A DNA stretch of 15,890 bases from Acidobacteriota bacterium (GTDB taxonomy: Bacteria; Acidobacteriota; UBA6911; JACQSX01), in assembly GCA_036507075.1 (NCBI GenBank), contig DASXQR010000181.1, forward strand, positions 1-15,890, in the 5' to 3' direction. The notes beneath the pieces are model-generated. The model did not search any database. It was given only the letters and a program-made list of their open reading frames with translations, and had not been told where the DNA came from. Both the position numbers and the translations under genes were made by a program. Each line of letters opens with the position of its first letter. Position 1 is the stretch's first letter. Positions 6,650-15,890 of this stretch are shown here, in pieces.

Positions 6650-7492
6650 CTAGCGTGTCGCCGAGCCGGCACCCGCGGCAGCCAGTTCCAGCCGCTGGCG
6701 AACTTTGTAATTCTGATAGGCCACGGTAAACGTGGATCGGCCAAGGATCAGCAGTTTGCTAATGGATTCATCGCGGTCAGGAACCCAGAAACCGTTGATC
6801 TTGCGGTAATCGCGCTGAAAATCGACCTGGCGAACCAGCAAGGAGGGAGATTTGGCTAGCTGTCCCTTGATGCGGACGACGCCGAAATCACTTCCATCGA
6901 CCCAGATGCTGCCGCTGATCAGAAACTTCTCTTTGCGCTTCGGTGAAATTCCCAGCACGTAACAGTCGTGCCCACGCAGTCTTTCTTTCCCTACCAGGGC
7001 AAAGTCGTAATTTTCCGGAGTGATTGCGATGCGGCGACGCTGATCCAGCCGAAGAGCTTCCTTTTCGGCCGCCAGCGCAGCCCTGAAAACCTTGCTTCGG
7101 ATAATGATGGATCCATCCTCGGCAAGGATCTGAAAATCCTTCGTTGCCGGACTGTTATACGTTGCCCTGACGTGCATTTGCGCTTTGTGTTCTGTTCCGC
7201 TGCCGGCCCGATACTCTCGCAAGGATGAATAGCCCGCCATCGCTTCATCCCGTTCCTGATTGTTCATCACCATTTGCGCTACGATCTGGCCCAGGCTCAA
7301 ATCACCAGCCTGGACCATCCCCGCACAAAGACACGCTACAAGACCGACACCGGCGCCTGCGCGCGCCCTCCACTGGCGAAGTCCCGCGATCCAGATTTTG
7401 ATCAGGCTCCGGGACCGCGCGCGGCGGAAGGAACACCAAAACGCCGTCCGCGCCCGCGAACTGTAAGAAATGCGCTCTATAAATCCCGACAT
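6650..7492 (-). CDS. Exported protein, outer-membrane lipoprotein-sorting (LolA-like/MucB-RseB-like) fold; start uncertain
   Basis: Signal-like VGLVACLCAGMVQA; ITPENYDFALVGKERLRGHDCYVLGISPKRKEKFLISGSIWVD and DYRKINGFWVP are typical of this fold. Confidence 0.65.
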   Translation of the reverse strand: MSGFIERISYSSRARTAFWCSFRRARSRSLIKIWIAGLRQWRARAGAGVGLVACLCAGMVQAGDLSLGQIVAQMVMNNQERDEAMAGYSSLREYRAGSGTEHKAQMHVRATYNSPATKDFQILAEDGSIIIRSKVFRAALAAEKEALRLDQRRRIAITPENYDFALVGKERLRGHDCYVLGISPKRKEKFLISGSIWVDGSDFGVVRIKGQLAKSPSLLVRQVDFQRDYRKINGFWVPDRDESISKLLILGRSTFTVAYQNYKVRQRLELAAAGAGSATR

Positions 7493-7733
7493 CTTTGCCA
7501 CCCCTATTCCATCTGCATGAAGGGGAAGCAATCCTCATACCGATTCGGCTCCGAAATCGTAAGAGCGCGCAGAAAAACAGGAATTTCGACGGAAAATAAC
7601 CGAGAGAAGATCTGAGATTCTCAAAAAAGGCTTGATCGGAAAGGCACAAAGCGAGTCTGAAGTCTGCAAATCCTTCACAATTCAAAAACTTTAACCGCAA
7701 AGGCCGCAAAAGGGGCACAGTTCCCATGCGCCA

Positions 7734-7775
7734 GGACGCGACAAGTCGCGTCCGGGGCGCCGCAAAGCAGCGCCC
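7734..7775. repeat. Two short REP-like hairpins
   Basis: Perfect ggacgcgac-aa-gtcgcgtcc (7734-7753) and imperfect gggcgccgc-aaa-gcagcgccc (7755-7775). Confidence 0.6.
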
Positions 7776-7778
7776 GAT

Positions 7779-7897
7779 GGAGTTTCTACATTTTGGGAAC
7801 GGAGAGACGGCCTGAGGGCAGTCTCTCCTCACAACATGTAGAATTCCCTGAGACGGCCCTCAGGCCGTCTCTCCACTCTCAAAAATGGCCAAACTCC
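7779..7897. repeat. Inverted REP doublet (REPIN/BIME-like) just 3' of the amidohydrolase
   Basis: ggagtttctacattttgggaacggagagacggcctgaggg... pairs with ...ccctcaggccgtctctccactctcaaaaatggccaaactcc. Each arm is itself a palindrome, and the internal atgtagaattcc is an alternative partner for the left end. Confidence 0.8.
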
Positions 7898-7907
7898 AGG
7901 GCGCGAT

Positions 7908-9227
7908 TTATTGCGCCACCCACACCCCATTCAACATCACACGCTTTACATTTCGCATCGCGCTGATGTTATGCAGGGGGTCTCCCTGCACGAGAACCAG
8001 ATCGGCCAGCTTGCCGGCCTCGATTGTGCCGAGGCGACCTTCGATACGGAAGAAACGCGCGTTCTCAGAAGTGGCGGACACCAGCGCCTGCATCGGCGTC
8101 AGGCCGCTCTCCACGAGCAATTCCAGCTCGCGCTGGTAGGCCCAGCCCCGTTCGGCGTGCGGTACGCTTGAGTGCGAACCAACCACAATGCGAGCGCCTG
8201 CCTTCCGCGCCAGTCCCACAAATTGCATCATCTTTGCAAATCCCTTGACATGCATGTCCGTCGCATCCCTGTCACCGGCGCGCCTTTCGAAGATGGCCAG
8301 CGTAGGTGAAAGAAACGTTCCGCGCCGCACAACCAGGTCCAGCAACGCCGGAAGGCGGGAGGAATGCAGATCGATGGTATTCCACATTCGATACCGGCCA
8401 TCCCGGCGCGCATTGTTGTCAGCCAGGACAGCCTGGCGGTACTTCTCTGCATCGCGGGGCGGAATCAGCGCTGTTCCAAATGATGTGATGTGCTCAATGC
8501 CATCCACACCGGCATTGATCGCGTCACGAGCATCCACAATCTCCAGATGCGCGGTGACAGGAATACCACGGCCGTGCGCCGTAGCTGTCGCGGTCCTGAT
8601 GGTCTCCAGCGGCAGACGAAAATAAACCTTAATGGCGGAAGCCCCCTGATCGACAAAACGATTTACCGCAAGCCGCGCTTCTTCGGGATCGCGCACGATG
8701 ATCGAATCTTCGGGGTAGGCGGGCGGAGACGTGTCCAGGTGCGGGCCCGTCAGGAAGAGCCGGGGAGGCGGATCCTTCCACCGGCGAGCCTCGTCATATG
8801 CCTCGATCCATTGTCCCGGATCGCGCACAGAAGTTACACCGTGAGATAGAAACAGACTGGGGAGGCCGGTGTCACCGTCCAGATGAAAATGGGCGTCGAC
8901 AAGGCCGGGCAGCACCGTCATTCCTCCGGCGTCTATCTTTTCGGCTCCGGGAGGAACCGCGACCGACGCTCGCGGGCCGACGCTTACGATGCGCTCCCCG
9001 CGAATTACCACCGCAGAATCAGGAACAGGCGGCCCACCCCGGCCGTCGACCAGCATTGCGCCCAAAAGAATGATCGTGCCCGGACCCGGTCTGGCGACCT
9101 GATTGACCTCGCGAACGGTTGCGGCAGGATGTTGTGCGACATGCTTCTGGGCCGTTATCCACGCGCCTATAACAAGAATGACGAAGATAGTAACAGCCAG
9201 CCTGACACTGCGAGAGCAGTTGGGCAT
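7908..9227 (-). CDS. Secreted amidohydrolase family protein (metal-dependent TIM barrel)
   Basis: IDAGGMTVLPGLVDAHFH (HxH), GVTSVRD, AIKVY, VTAH, DGIEH, GTIEAGKLADLVLV. N-terminal TM/signal from MPNCSRSVRLAVTIFVILVIG; the longer start at 9440 crosses a repeat. Confidence 0.9.
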   Translation of the reverse strand: MPNCSRSVRLAVTIFVILVIGAWITAQKHVAQHPAATVREVNQVARPGPGTIILLGAMLVDGRGGPPVPDSAVVIRGERIVSVGPRASVAVPPGAEKIDAGGMTVLPGLVDAHFHLDGDTGLPSLFLSHGVTSVRDPGQWIEAYDEARRWKDPPPRLFLTGPHLDTSPPAYPEDSIIVRDPEEARLAVNRFVDQGASAIKVYFRLPLETIRTATATAHGRGIPVTAHLEIVDARDAINAGVDGIEHITSFGTALIPPRDAEKYRQAVLADNNARRDGRYRMWNTIDLHSSRLPALLDLVVRRGTFLSPTLAIFERRAGDRDATDMHVKGFAKMMQFVGLARKAGARIVVGSHSSVPHAERGWAYQRELELLVESGLTPMQALVSATSENARFFRIEGRLGTIEAGKLADLVLVQGDPLHNISAMRNVKRVMLNGVWVAQ

Positions 9228-9352
9228 GATCCTATATCCGAGCAAGTTCCGGGACATGTGAGAATAAAGGCGGCATAAAGGACACGACCCGACTCTATAG
9301 TACGGCGACCGCAAGCGTTGATTTTTCTTGGTTGTGGCCGTGCGGCCACGGT

Positions 9353-9416
9353 GTGCACGTACAAGTGGCCGTCCTCTACTTTTTCTTTGGTTGCCGCCTA
9401 CGGCCGGGTTGCGCCT
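9353..9416 (-). repeat. Dispersed post-stop-codon repeat, copy 3
   Basis: Reverse complement aggcgcaacccggccgtaggcggcaaccaaagaaaaagtagaggacggccacttgtacgtgcac aligns with 284-346. Confidence 0.8.
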
Positions 9417-9441
9417 TTGCATTGAATGCAGCGTGGTCATC

Positions 9442-11199
9442 TTAAAGACCTGAATTCGCTGCGGCGGGCAATTGAAGAGTAAACGTACTTCCCTTGTTTA
9501 CAGCGCTGCTTACTTCAATCGTGCCGCCGTGCAAGTGAACCAGATGCTTTACGATCGCCAGCCCAAGACCGGTCCCACCCATTTCACGGCTCCGGGACTT
9601 GTCGACGCGGTAGAAGCGCTCAAAAATCCGCGGCAACTCCGCGGCCGGAATACCAATTCCCGTGTCCTCCACAACAAGTTGCACACCTTTTCCATTGTGG
9701 CGGATACTTACTCGAATGGCCCCTCCTTCGGGCGTGTATTTGATCGCGTTGTCCAACAGGTTGTATAAGACCTGTTCCAATCCGCTCCGGTTTGCCTCCA
9801 CTAACGCGTTTGAATCCGAAGAAAACACGCAGCTCTGTTTTTTCGATTGCAGCAGGCTTTGAACCGACGCCATTACCGATTGAGCTGTTTCCTTTAGGTC
9901 CAGCGGCTCTCTCTGAAGATTCTGGCTCCCGGATTCCAGTGATGACAAAGTCAGCAGATCATCAATCAGCGCGGAAAGACGCGTCGCATTCTTATAGATG
10001 GTGGCGTGAAAGGAATTCCGCGTGCCCGGATCCAGGTCTTTGTTTTCAAGCAGCGTTTCGGCATATCCGCGCAGTGAGGTCAGCGGTGTGCGGAGCTCGT
10101 GGGAGACATTCGCAACGAAATCCTTTCGCACGTTTTCCAGATTTCTGAGCGCGGTGAAGTCCTGAAAAACCAGAACCGCGCCTCGCAGCGTTTCATTTTT
10201 CATCACTGGGTAAATATTAACCACAATGTTTTTGCGCGGGTTATCGAGCTCCATTTCCAGGCGTTGGGACTCTCCCGTGCCGAATACACGCCGTATCGCC
10301 TGATCCAGTTCGAGCCTGCGGACCAGTTCCATGATCTTTTGCCCCTGCACCGGGCGGGAAAGCTGCAGCATGCGGCGACAGGCCGGATTCATGAATTCAA
10401 TGCTTCCGCCGGAATCCATCATCAGGACCCCCTCTCCCATGCCTTCCAGGATGGTCCAAAGTTTTTGCCGCTCAGCGGTGTTTTCGTGAAGTTGCGTCAC
10501 CAGGCGGTCCGTCATCTGATTAAAGGCGCGGCCGAGAGCGCGCAACTCCTGCGGCCCTCCAATCGGGGCCCGAGCCGTGAAGTCTCCCTGCGTGACGGTC
10601 TGTGCCGCCCGGGCCATGGCGGCAGCGGAGCGGGAGATTCCGTATGCCAGCAGGTACGCCAACCCCGCTGATACGAGAAACGCGAGGAAGCTGAGCCAGT
10701 AGATTACACGCCGCACTTCGCTGCGAGCGCGAAGAATCACGTCATGATCAAGGGAAAGGCGCACCACGCCGGTTTCACCGCGGAACGTGCGAAAGGGAAC
10801 GGCTACGTACAGCATCTCCCTCCCAAGCGTGTGACTGTAGCGGATCGACCGTCCAAAGCCCCGCCTGCGCGCTTCCGTTACTTCGGGGCGATCGTTATGA
10901 TTCTCCATGCGCGCGGCGTCGGCAGAGTTGTCCCCCAGGACGTTGCCGGCCGGCGAGATGAGCGTGATTCTCCTTCCCAGCACTCCGCCGAAGCGATTGG
11001 CGGTCTGGCGCATTTCCGAATCGGAGCCAACGGAATGTTCCAGGACATTTCGTATCAGCAGCGCTTCCTGACGCAGTTCTGCGGTGAATTGATCTACCAG
11101 ATAAGGCTGCAGGCGACCGGGCAGAAAAACATCCAGCGCCACCACGATCATGGCGGAAATTGAAAGCGCTGCCACAAAGATTTGGAGCTGCAGCTTCAT
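9442..11199 (-). CDS. phoR: Phosphate-regulon sensor histidine kinase (2 TM, periplasmic domain, HAMP, PAS, HisKA, HATPase)
   Basis: MENHNDRPEV...RYSHTLGREMLYVAVP sensor motif, FVANVSHELRTPLTSLRGY H-box, LDNAIKY, DTGIGI, FERFYRVDKSRSREMGGTGLGL; next to phoB and the pst operon. Confidence 0.92.
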   Translation of the reverse strand: MKLQLQIFVAALSISAMIVVALDVFLPGRLQPYLVDQFTAELRQEALLIRNVLEHSVGSDSEMRQTANRFGGVLGRRITLISPAGNVLGDNSADAARMENHNDRPEVTEARRRGFGRSIRYSHTLGREMLYVAVPFRTFRGETGVVRLSLDHDVILRARSEVRRVIYWLSFLAFLVSAGLAYLLAYGISRSAAAMARAAQTVTQGDFTARAPIGGPQELRALGRAFNQMTDRLVTQLHENTAERQKLWTILEGMGEGVLMMDSGGSIEFMNPACRRMLQLSRPVQGQKIMELVRRLELDQAIRRVFGTGESQRLEMELDNPRKNIVVNIYPVMKNETLRGAVLVFQDFTALRNLENVRKDFVANVSHELRTPLTSLRGYAETLLENKDLDPGTRNSFHATIYKNATRLSALIDDLLTLSSLESGSQNLQREPLDLKETAQSVMASVQSLLQSKKQSCVFSSDSNALVEANRSGLEQVLYNLLDNAIKYTPEGGAIRVSIRHNGKGVQLVVEDTGIGIPAAELPRIFERFYRVDKSRSREMGGTGLGLAIVKHLVHLHGGTIEVSSAVNKGSTFTLQLPAAANSGL

Positions 11200-11894
11200 T
11201 CTGGCTCTGTCGGCACTTCCCTTAACCGGTAACCGACGCCTCGCACTGTCTCGATCCAGTCACCCAGACTGCCGAGCTTCTGCCGCAATCGCTGGATGTG
11301 AGTGTCCACCGTGCGGCTTCCTCCTTCGTACCGGTAGCCCCAGACATTTTCAAGCAGATCCTCACGGCGAACTACCCTGCCAAGCCGCTGGGTGAGATAG
11401 TCAAGCAATTTGAACTCGGTGACCGTCAGCTCCAGTTGTCTTCCGTGCAGGCACGCCGAATAATTCTCCGAGTCGAACACAAGCGGGCCGACGACCACTG
11501 ACTTGCCGCCACGGTCAGTGCTCTCCGTCCTGCGAAGCACGGCCTGCACTCTCAGCACCAGTTCTCTGGGGCTGAAGGGCTTGGGAAGGTAGTCATCGGC
11601 GCCCAGCTCGAGGCCCAGAATTCGATCGGCCTCGCTCCGCCGGGCACTCAAGATCAGAACAGGCAACCGCCTGGTGCCTTCGCGCGCCTTGAGCCGCTTG
11701 CAGATTTCAACTCCGTCCATATCCGGCAGCATCAGATCCAGGATTACCAGAGACGCGGGAGATTTTTGCAGCGCGTCCAGGGCGTCGGATCCGCGCCGGC
11801 AGGGCCGCACGTCGAATCCGGCGCGCGTGAGATGAAAGGAAATCAGCTCGGCGATGTCCTGTTCGTCTTCAACGACAAGAATGCTCTTGGGCAT
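11196..11894 (-). CDS. phoB: OmpR/PhoB-family response regulator
   Basis: ILVVEDE, ILDLMLPDMDG, GADDYLPKPFS, winged helix LTVTEFKLL...SRTVDTHIQRLRQKL...ETVRGVGY; 4-nt overlap with phoR. Confidence 0.9.
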   Translation of the reverse strand: MPKSILVVEDEQDIAELISFHLTRAGFDVRPCRRGSDALDALQKSPASLVILDLMLPDMDGVEICKRLKAREGTRRLPVLILSARRSEADRILGLELGADDYLPKPFSPRELVLRVQAVLRRTESTDRGGKSVVVGPLVFDSENYSACLHGRQLELTVTEFKLLDYLTQRLGRVVRREDLLENVWGYRYEGGSRTVDTHIQRLRQKLGSLGDWIETVRGVGYRLREVPTEPE

Positions 11895-11930
11895 ACGGAA
11901 ATGCTACCTGCTATGGCTGCGTGGGTGTCA

Positions 11931-12155
11931 AGGGTTATGAAGGGGTATGAAGGGTTATGAAGGGGTATGAAGGAGAATGAAGGGGAAGAAGGGGGAAGGA
12001 ACGGAGCCAGCATCCGAACCGCGCGCGTAAGCAAGCGGACCCTCCCAAGTAACGACTAACATCAAATTAATGAGAAGTCCTGCATCCAGTGTCCGTTTGC
12101 TTACGCATATCGGCCCCTTCCCCCGCATTCATAACCCTTCAGCCCCTTCATAACC
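11931..12155. repeat. Decamer tandem array (AGGGKTATGA) with inverted partner, enclosing a second REP-like inverted repeat
   Basis: Seven decaying 10-mers at 11931-12000; inverted ccccttc/ttcataaccc units at 12114-12155; inner IR gcgtaagcaagcggac (12025-12040) / gtccgtttgcttacgc (12091-12106), 15/16 match. Confidence 0.85.
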
Positions 12156-12172
12156 AAACCCACTTCTATCAT

Positions 12173-12210
12173 TTGACCAACCTGTGACATTTCGGTGACA
12201 GAGTTGTGAC
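12173..12210. promoter_or_regulatory. Pho boxes: four half-sites at 11-bp period
   Basis: KTGAC at 12173, 12184, 12195, 12206 (GTCAC/GTCAA on the minus strand, compare PhoB half-site CTGTCAY), between divergent phoB and pstS. Confidence 0.8.
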
Positions 12211-12361
12211 GCGCAGGGGGTTTACTTACCGTAAATCCAAAGGGGATTGTTCTGGAGAGGAAGATCCTGGTCGCGGTTTGATGGTTAGATTCTGGCCTTT
12301 GGTGAAGAAATCAAAAGCGGGACCGCCAAGGAAGCAAAGATCGCCAAGATAAAAGGAGAAT

Positions 12362-13267
12362 ATGAAAAAACATTCGATCTTCTTATGCCTGCTACTGCCT
12401 GCAATCGTTTCCTGTGGACGACCTGCCTCCGAGCAGCAGCCCGCGGCGGCAACGATTCAAATCAAAGGTTCCGACACCGAGCTCAATTTAGTGCAGCGCC
12501 TGGCTGAACAATACATGAAGAAGGCGCCGGACGCTCGAATCTCCGTAACCGGTGGCGGATCGGGTACCGGAATTGCCGCGCTGATTAACAAGTCAGCCGA
12601 TATTGCCAACAGTTCGCGCGCCATGGAGCAGTCCGAGCGGGACCAAGCCAAAGCCAACGGAGTCGATCCCTGGGAGGTTGTGTTCGCCATGGACGGATTG
12701 AGCGTAATCGTTCACCCGTCAAATTCCGTCGCCAGCCTGAGCCTCGATCAACTAGGCAGGATCTATCGCGGCGAAATCAAAAATTGGAAGGAAGTGAGAG
12801 GGCCTGATGCTCCCATTTCGCTGTACGGCCGCCAGAGTAATTCCGGAACGTTCGTTTATTTTCGCAAGACTGTTGTCAAAGGAGATTACTCGACGGCCAT
12901 GAAGCAGATGAACGGCAATGCTCAGATTGTGGAAGCCGTCAAAAGTGACAAGAGCGGGATTGGATATGTGGGGCTGGGCTACATTAAAGATCGCGCCACC
13001 GGGAAAGTGATCTCCGGCATCAAGGCGCTGACGCTCGGCGGGCCCGGACCGGCCCTGTCCCCGCTCGATCCGACAAGCATCAGTTCCGGCAAATATCCGT
13101 TGCTGCGCCCCCTGTTTCACTACACAAACGGGAAGCCCTCCGTAACGGTGCTGAATTTTATTCGGTTTGAGCTGAGTGATGAGGGCCAGAGCATCGTAGA
13201 GCATGAGGGTTTCCTTCGCGTTAACGAAGAGTACCAGAAGCAAAACAGCTCAAAAATCGGTTCCTGA
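12362..13267 (+). CDS. pstS: Phosphate ABC transporter substrate-binding lipoprotein
   Basis: RBS AAGGAG; lipobox-like IVSC; IKGSDT, VTGGGSGTGIAALI, DIANSSR, YGRQSNSGT, YPLLRPLF. Confidence 0.95.
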   Translation: MKKHSIFLCLLLPAIVSCGRPASEQQPAAATIQIKGSDTELNLVQRLAEQYMKKAPDARISVTGGGSGTGIAALINKSADIANSSRAMEQSERDQAKANGVDPWEVVFAMDGLSVIVHPSNSVASLSLDQLGRIYRGEIKNWKEVRGPDAPISLYGRQSNSGTFVYFRKTVVKGDYSTAMKQMNGNAQIVEAVKSDKSGIGYVGLGYIKDRATGKVISGIKALTLGGPGPALSPLDPTSISSGKYPLLRPLFHYTNGKPSVTVLNFIRFELSDEGQSIVEHEGFLRVNEEYQKQNSSKIGS

Positions 13268-14148
13268 TGCGCAGCCTTACGCGTGAAACCCTGATCGAAT
13301 ATTTGTTTGCAGCGACAGCGCTGCTCGCCGTCGGGATTCTGGCAGGAATCTTCCTGTTGCTCTTTACCGAGGGAATTCCCGTGTTCAGGTACGTGAGGGC
13401 AGGGCAGTTTTTCTCCTGGAACTGGAACCCCAACGCGTACGACCAGCCTGATTACGGAATACTTTCCCAGGTCCTGAGCACTCTTCTGGTCACCGGCGGC
13501 GCGCTCGCTTTCAGCATTCCGATCGGTATCGGCGCGGCCGCATACCTGTCTGAAATCGCCGCGCCCCGAACCAGAGAATTCATCAAGCCGATGGTGGAGT
13601 TGCTGGCAGGAGTTCCGTCCGTGGTGATCGGTTTCCTGGGAATTGTGGTTACCGGACCTTGGCTGGCTCGGAGCCTGGGCACGTCCAACGGTTTGAACGC
13701 GCTCAACGGCTCGCTGTTGCTGGGCCTGATGTCCCTGCCCACGATTGTCACCATCACTGAAGACGCGCTGCGAGCGGTTCCCACTGAATTCAAGGCGGCC
13801 TCTCTTGCGCTCGGCGCGAATCGCCTGCAGACTCTGGTGCGCGTCACGATCCCCTCCGCGGCGACCGGAGTGATCGCCGCCTGCATGCTGGGTATGGGGA
13901 GGGCTGTGGGCGAAACCATGACGGTGCTGATGGCCACGGGCAATGCGCTTGCGCCTCCGCAGGGCTTCCTGGATTCCGTGCGAACCATGACGGCCACCAT
14001 CGCCATCGAGCTGGGAGAAGTTCCATTCGGGACCGCTCACTACCACGCGCTCTTTGTGATCGGATTCGTGCTTTTCATTTTTACATTTCTGGTTAACTCG
14101 ATTTCCGACCTGATTCTGCTGCGATTCCAAAGAAAGATGCACGGTTGA
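13267..14148 (+). CDS. pstC: Phosphate ABC transporter permease
   Basis: ELLAGVPSVVIG, EDALRAVP...ASLALGA, GRAVGETM; TGATG coupling with pstS. Confidence 0.95.
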   Translation: MRSLTRETLIEYLFAATALLAVGILAGIFLLLFTEGIPVFRYVRAGQFFSWNWNPNAYDQPDYGILSQVLSTLLVTGGALAFSIPIGIGAAAYLSEIAAPRTREFIKPMVELLAGVPSVVIGFLGIVVTGPWLARSLGTSNGLNALNGSLLLGLMSLPTIVTITEDALRAVPTEFKAASLALGANRLQTLVRVTIPSAATGVIAACMLGMGRAVGETMTVLMATGNALAPPQGFLDSVRTMTATIAIELGEVPFGTAHYHALFVIGFVLFIFTFLVNSISDLILLRFQRKMHG

Positions 14149-14150
14149 CT

Positions 14151-15131
14151 ATGGAAATGAGCAGGAAATCGCCCGCCAAAAATACTCCCGGTGAAATCGG
14201 CCCCGCCCGGGACGCAAGTGTACTCAGGACCGCCCCTGTATTGAAGCGCCCGTCTTCAATTCGATGGCTGAACGTGCGTCCTGCGAGATTTCTGGAAACT
14301 GTTGTGTTCCTTTTTTTTCGCCTCTGCTCGGCTTTCATACTGGCAGCCCTGTTCGCCATTCTCTTTCAAATCGTGCGCTACGGCGGTTCCCGCATCAGTT
14401 GGGAGTTCTTGAGCCAGCCCCCCAGGGAAGGAATGCTTGCAGGAGGCATCTTGTCTCCACTGCTGGGCACGCTGGCAATGAGTCTTATTACCATTTTCTT
14501 TTCTCTCCCTTTCGGAGTTGCCACCGGTGTTTATCTGAGTGAATATGCCGGCAACAAGCCGATCACGTGGCTGGTGCGGCTTTGCATCCGCAATCTGGCG
14601 GGTGTGCCCTCCATCGTTTACGGGCTGTTCGGCGTGGCGCTCTTTGTGCGTGCGCTGCATCTCGGAACATCTATTCTTTCAGCGGGACTGACACTCGGTT
14701 TGCTGACATTGCCGGTGATCATAACCGCCAGCGAAGAGGCTCTGCGCGCCGTTCCTGCCAGCTATCGAGAAGGCGCCCTGGCATTGGGAGCAACACGCTG
14801 GTACACCATTCGAACCAATGTGTTGCCGTACGCCATGCCGGGAATTCTGACGGGCATCATTCTGGGCGTCGCGCGCGCTGCCGGTGAGACGGCGCCCATT
14901 TTGTTCACCGGCGCCGCCTTCTTCCTGCCGTCGCTTCCCCGCAGTATCTGGGATCAATTCATGGCGTTGCCTTACCACTTGTACATCCTGTCGACTCAAC
15001 ATCAATCCGTTCAGGAGGCAAGGCCGATTGCCTATGCTACGGCACTGGTGCTGCTGGGGCTGGTGCTGGCGCTCAATTCCGTCGCCATCCTGATTCGGCT
15101 GCATTTTCGCAAGAAGCTGGAGCACGTGTGA
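14151..15131 (+). CDS. pstA: Phosphate ABC transporter permease (start uncertain, 14145/14151/14157)
   Basis: [22 protein letters not shown]...[18 protein letters not shown]. Confidence 0.95.
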   Translation: MEMSRKSPAKNTPGEIGPARDASVLRTAPVLKRPSSIRWLNVRPARFLETVVFLFFRLCSAFILAALFAILFQIVRYGGSRISWEFLSQPPREGMLAGGILSPLLGTLAMSLITIFFSLPFGVATGVYLSEYAGNKPITWLVRLCIRNLAGVPSIVYGLFGVALFVRALHLGTSILSAGLTLGLLTLPVIITASEEALRAVPASYREGALALGATRWYTIRTNVLPYAMPGILTGIILGVARAAGETAPILFTGAAFFLPSLPRSIWDQFMALPYHLYILSTQHQSVQEARPIAYATALVLLGLVLALNSVAILIRLHFRKKLEHV

Positions 15132-15890
15132 GCGTTAATATTGCAAGCGCAAAGGTGCGCGTCCGCGACGTCAATTTCTTCTACGGCAGCACTCAGGCTT
15201 TGAAGGAAATCTCACTTGATATCGCGCCCAACAAGGTGACAGCGCTGATTGGCCCCAGCGGCTGCGGCAAATCAACCTTTTTGAGAACGCTGAATCGCAT
15301 GAATGAGATCCTGGCTCACACGCGGCTGGAGGGAAGCGTCGTTCTGGATGACCAGGATATCTATGCGCCCGACGTCGACGTGGTTGAAGTGCGTCGGCGG
15401 GTAGGAATGGTCTTTCAAAAATCCAATCCTTTTCCAAAATCCATCTTTGAAAACGTAGCCTACGGCCTGCGAATCAACGGCCGGAGCAGCAGAACCTTTC
15501 TGGAAGAGCGGGTCGAGAAGAGTCTTCGAGATGTTGCGCTCTGGGATGAGGTCAAGGACCGGCTGAATCGATCGGCGCTGGGTTTATCGGGCGGCCAGCA
15601 GCAGCGGTTGTGCATCGCTCGCGCGCTGGCCGTGGAGCCTGAGGTGCTGCTCATGGACGAACCTGCGTCGGCGCTGGATCCTATCGCCACTCAGAAAATT
15701 GAAGAGCTGATCGAAGAGTTGAAGCAGCGCTACACCATTGTGATCGTCACGCACAATATGCAGCAGGCCGCGCGCGTGTCCGACTACACTGCTTTCTTCT
15801 ACCTGGGGCAGTTGGTAGAGTTTAATGTTACCCGCAGGCTCTTTACCACGCCGGAGAAAAAGCAAACTGAGGATTATGTGACCGGGAGAT
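15128..15890 (+). CDS. pstB: Phosphate ABC transporter ATP-binding protein (3' end just outside window)
   Basis: Manually translated from the GTG overlapping the pstA stop (GTGA): [86 protein letters not shown]. Confidence 0.96.
   Translation, partial: MSVNIASAKVRVRDVNFFYGSTQALKEISLDIAPNKVTALIGPSGCGKSTFLRTLNRMNEILAHTRLEGSVVLDDQDIYAPDVDVVEVRRRVGMVFQKSNPFPKSIFENVAYGLRINGRSSRTFLEERVEKSLRDVALWDEVKDRLNRSALGLSGGQQQRLCIARALAVEPEVLLMDEPASALDPIATQKIEELIEELKQRYTIVIVTHNMQQAARVSDYTAFFYLGQLVEFNVTRRLFTTPEKKQTEDYVTGR

Noticed and set aside
11931..12000. Possible CRISPR array
   Set aside because: Contiguous 10-mers with no unique spacers, and no cas genes in the window.
13120..14142. 340-aa minus-strand ORF
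   Set aside because: Antisense shadow of pstS/pstC, as expected in GC-rich coding DNA.

Overview
Bacterial chromosomal window. Gene content and repeat types suggest Acidobacteria, but this is an inference. Left to right: the 3' end of a TPR protein (+); then minus-strand genes for a small membrane protein, a secreted di-haem PufC-like c-type cytochrome fusion, a secreted sulfatase, a coupled zinc-metallopeptidase/Ddl-like ATP-grasp ligase pair, a LolA-like exported protein, an amidohydrolase and phoB-phoR; then, divergently, the pstSCAB phosphate ABC operon behind four pho-box half-sites (pstB runs off the edge and is absent from the ORF track). Every long intergenic spacer carries structured repeat DNA: periodic 6-10-mer arrays facing inverted partners, nested inverted repeats, REP-like doublets, and a dispersed element found three times just 3' of stop codons. 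The best leads are the peptidase/ATP-grasp module (with an unlisted 36-codon ORF or gene remnant divergent from it), the repeat families, the PufC-like cytochrome fusion, and a promoter with a tandem operator but no regulator in the window.
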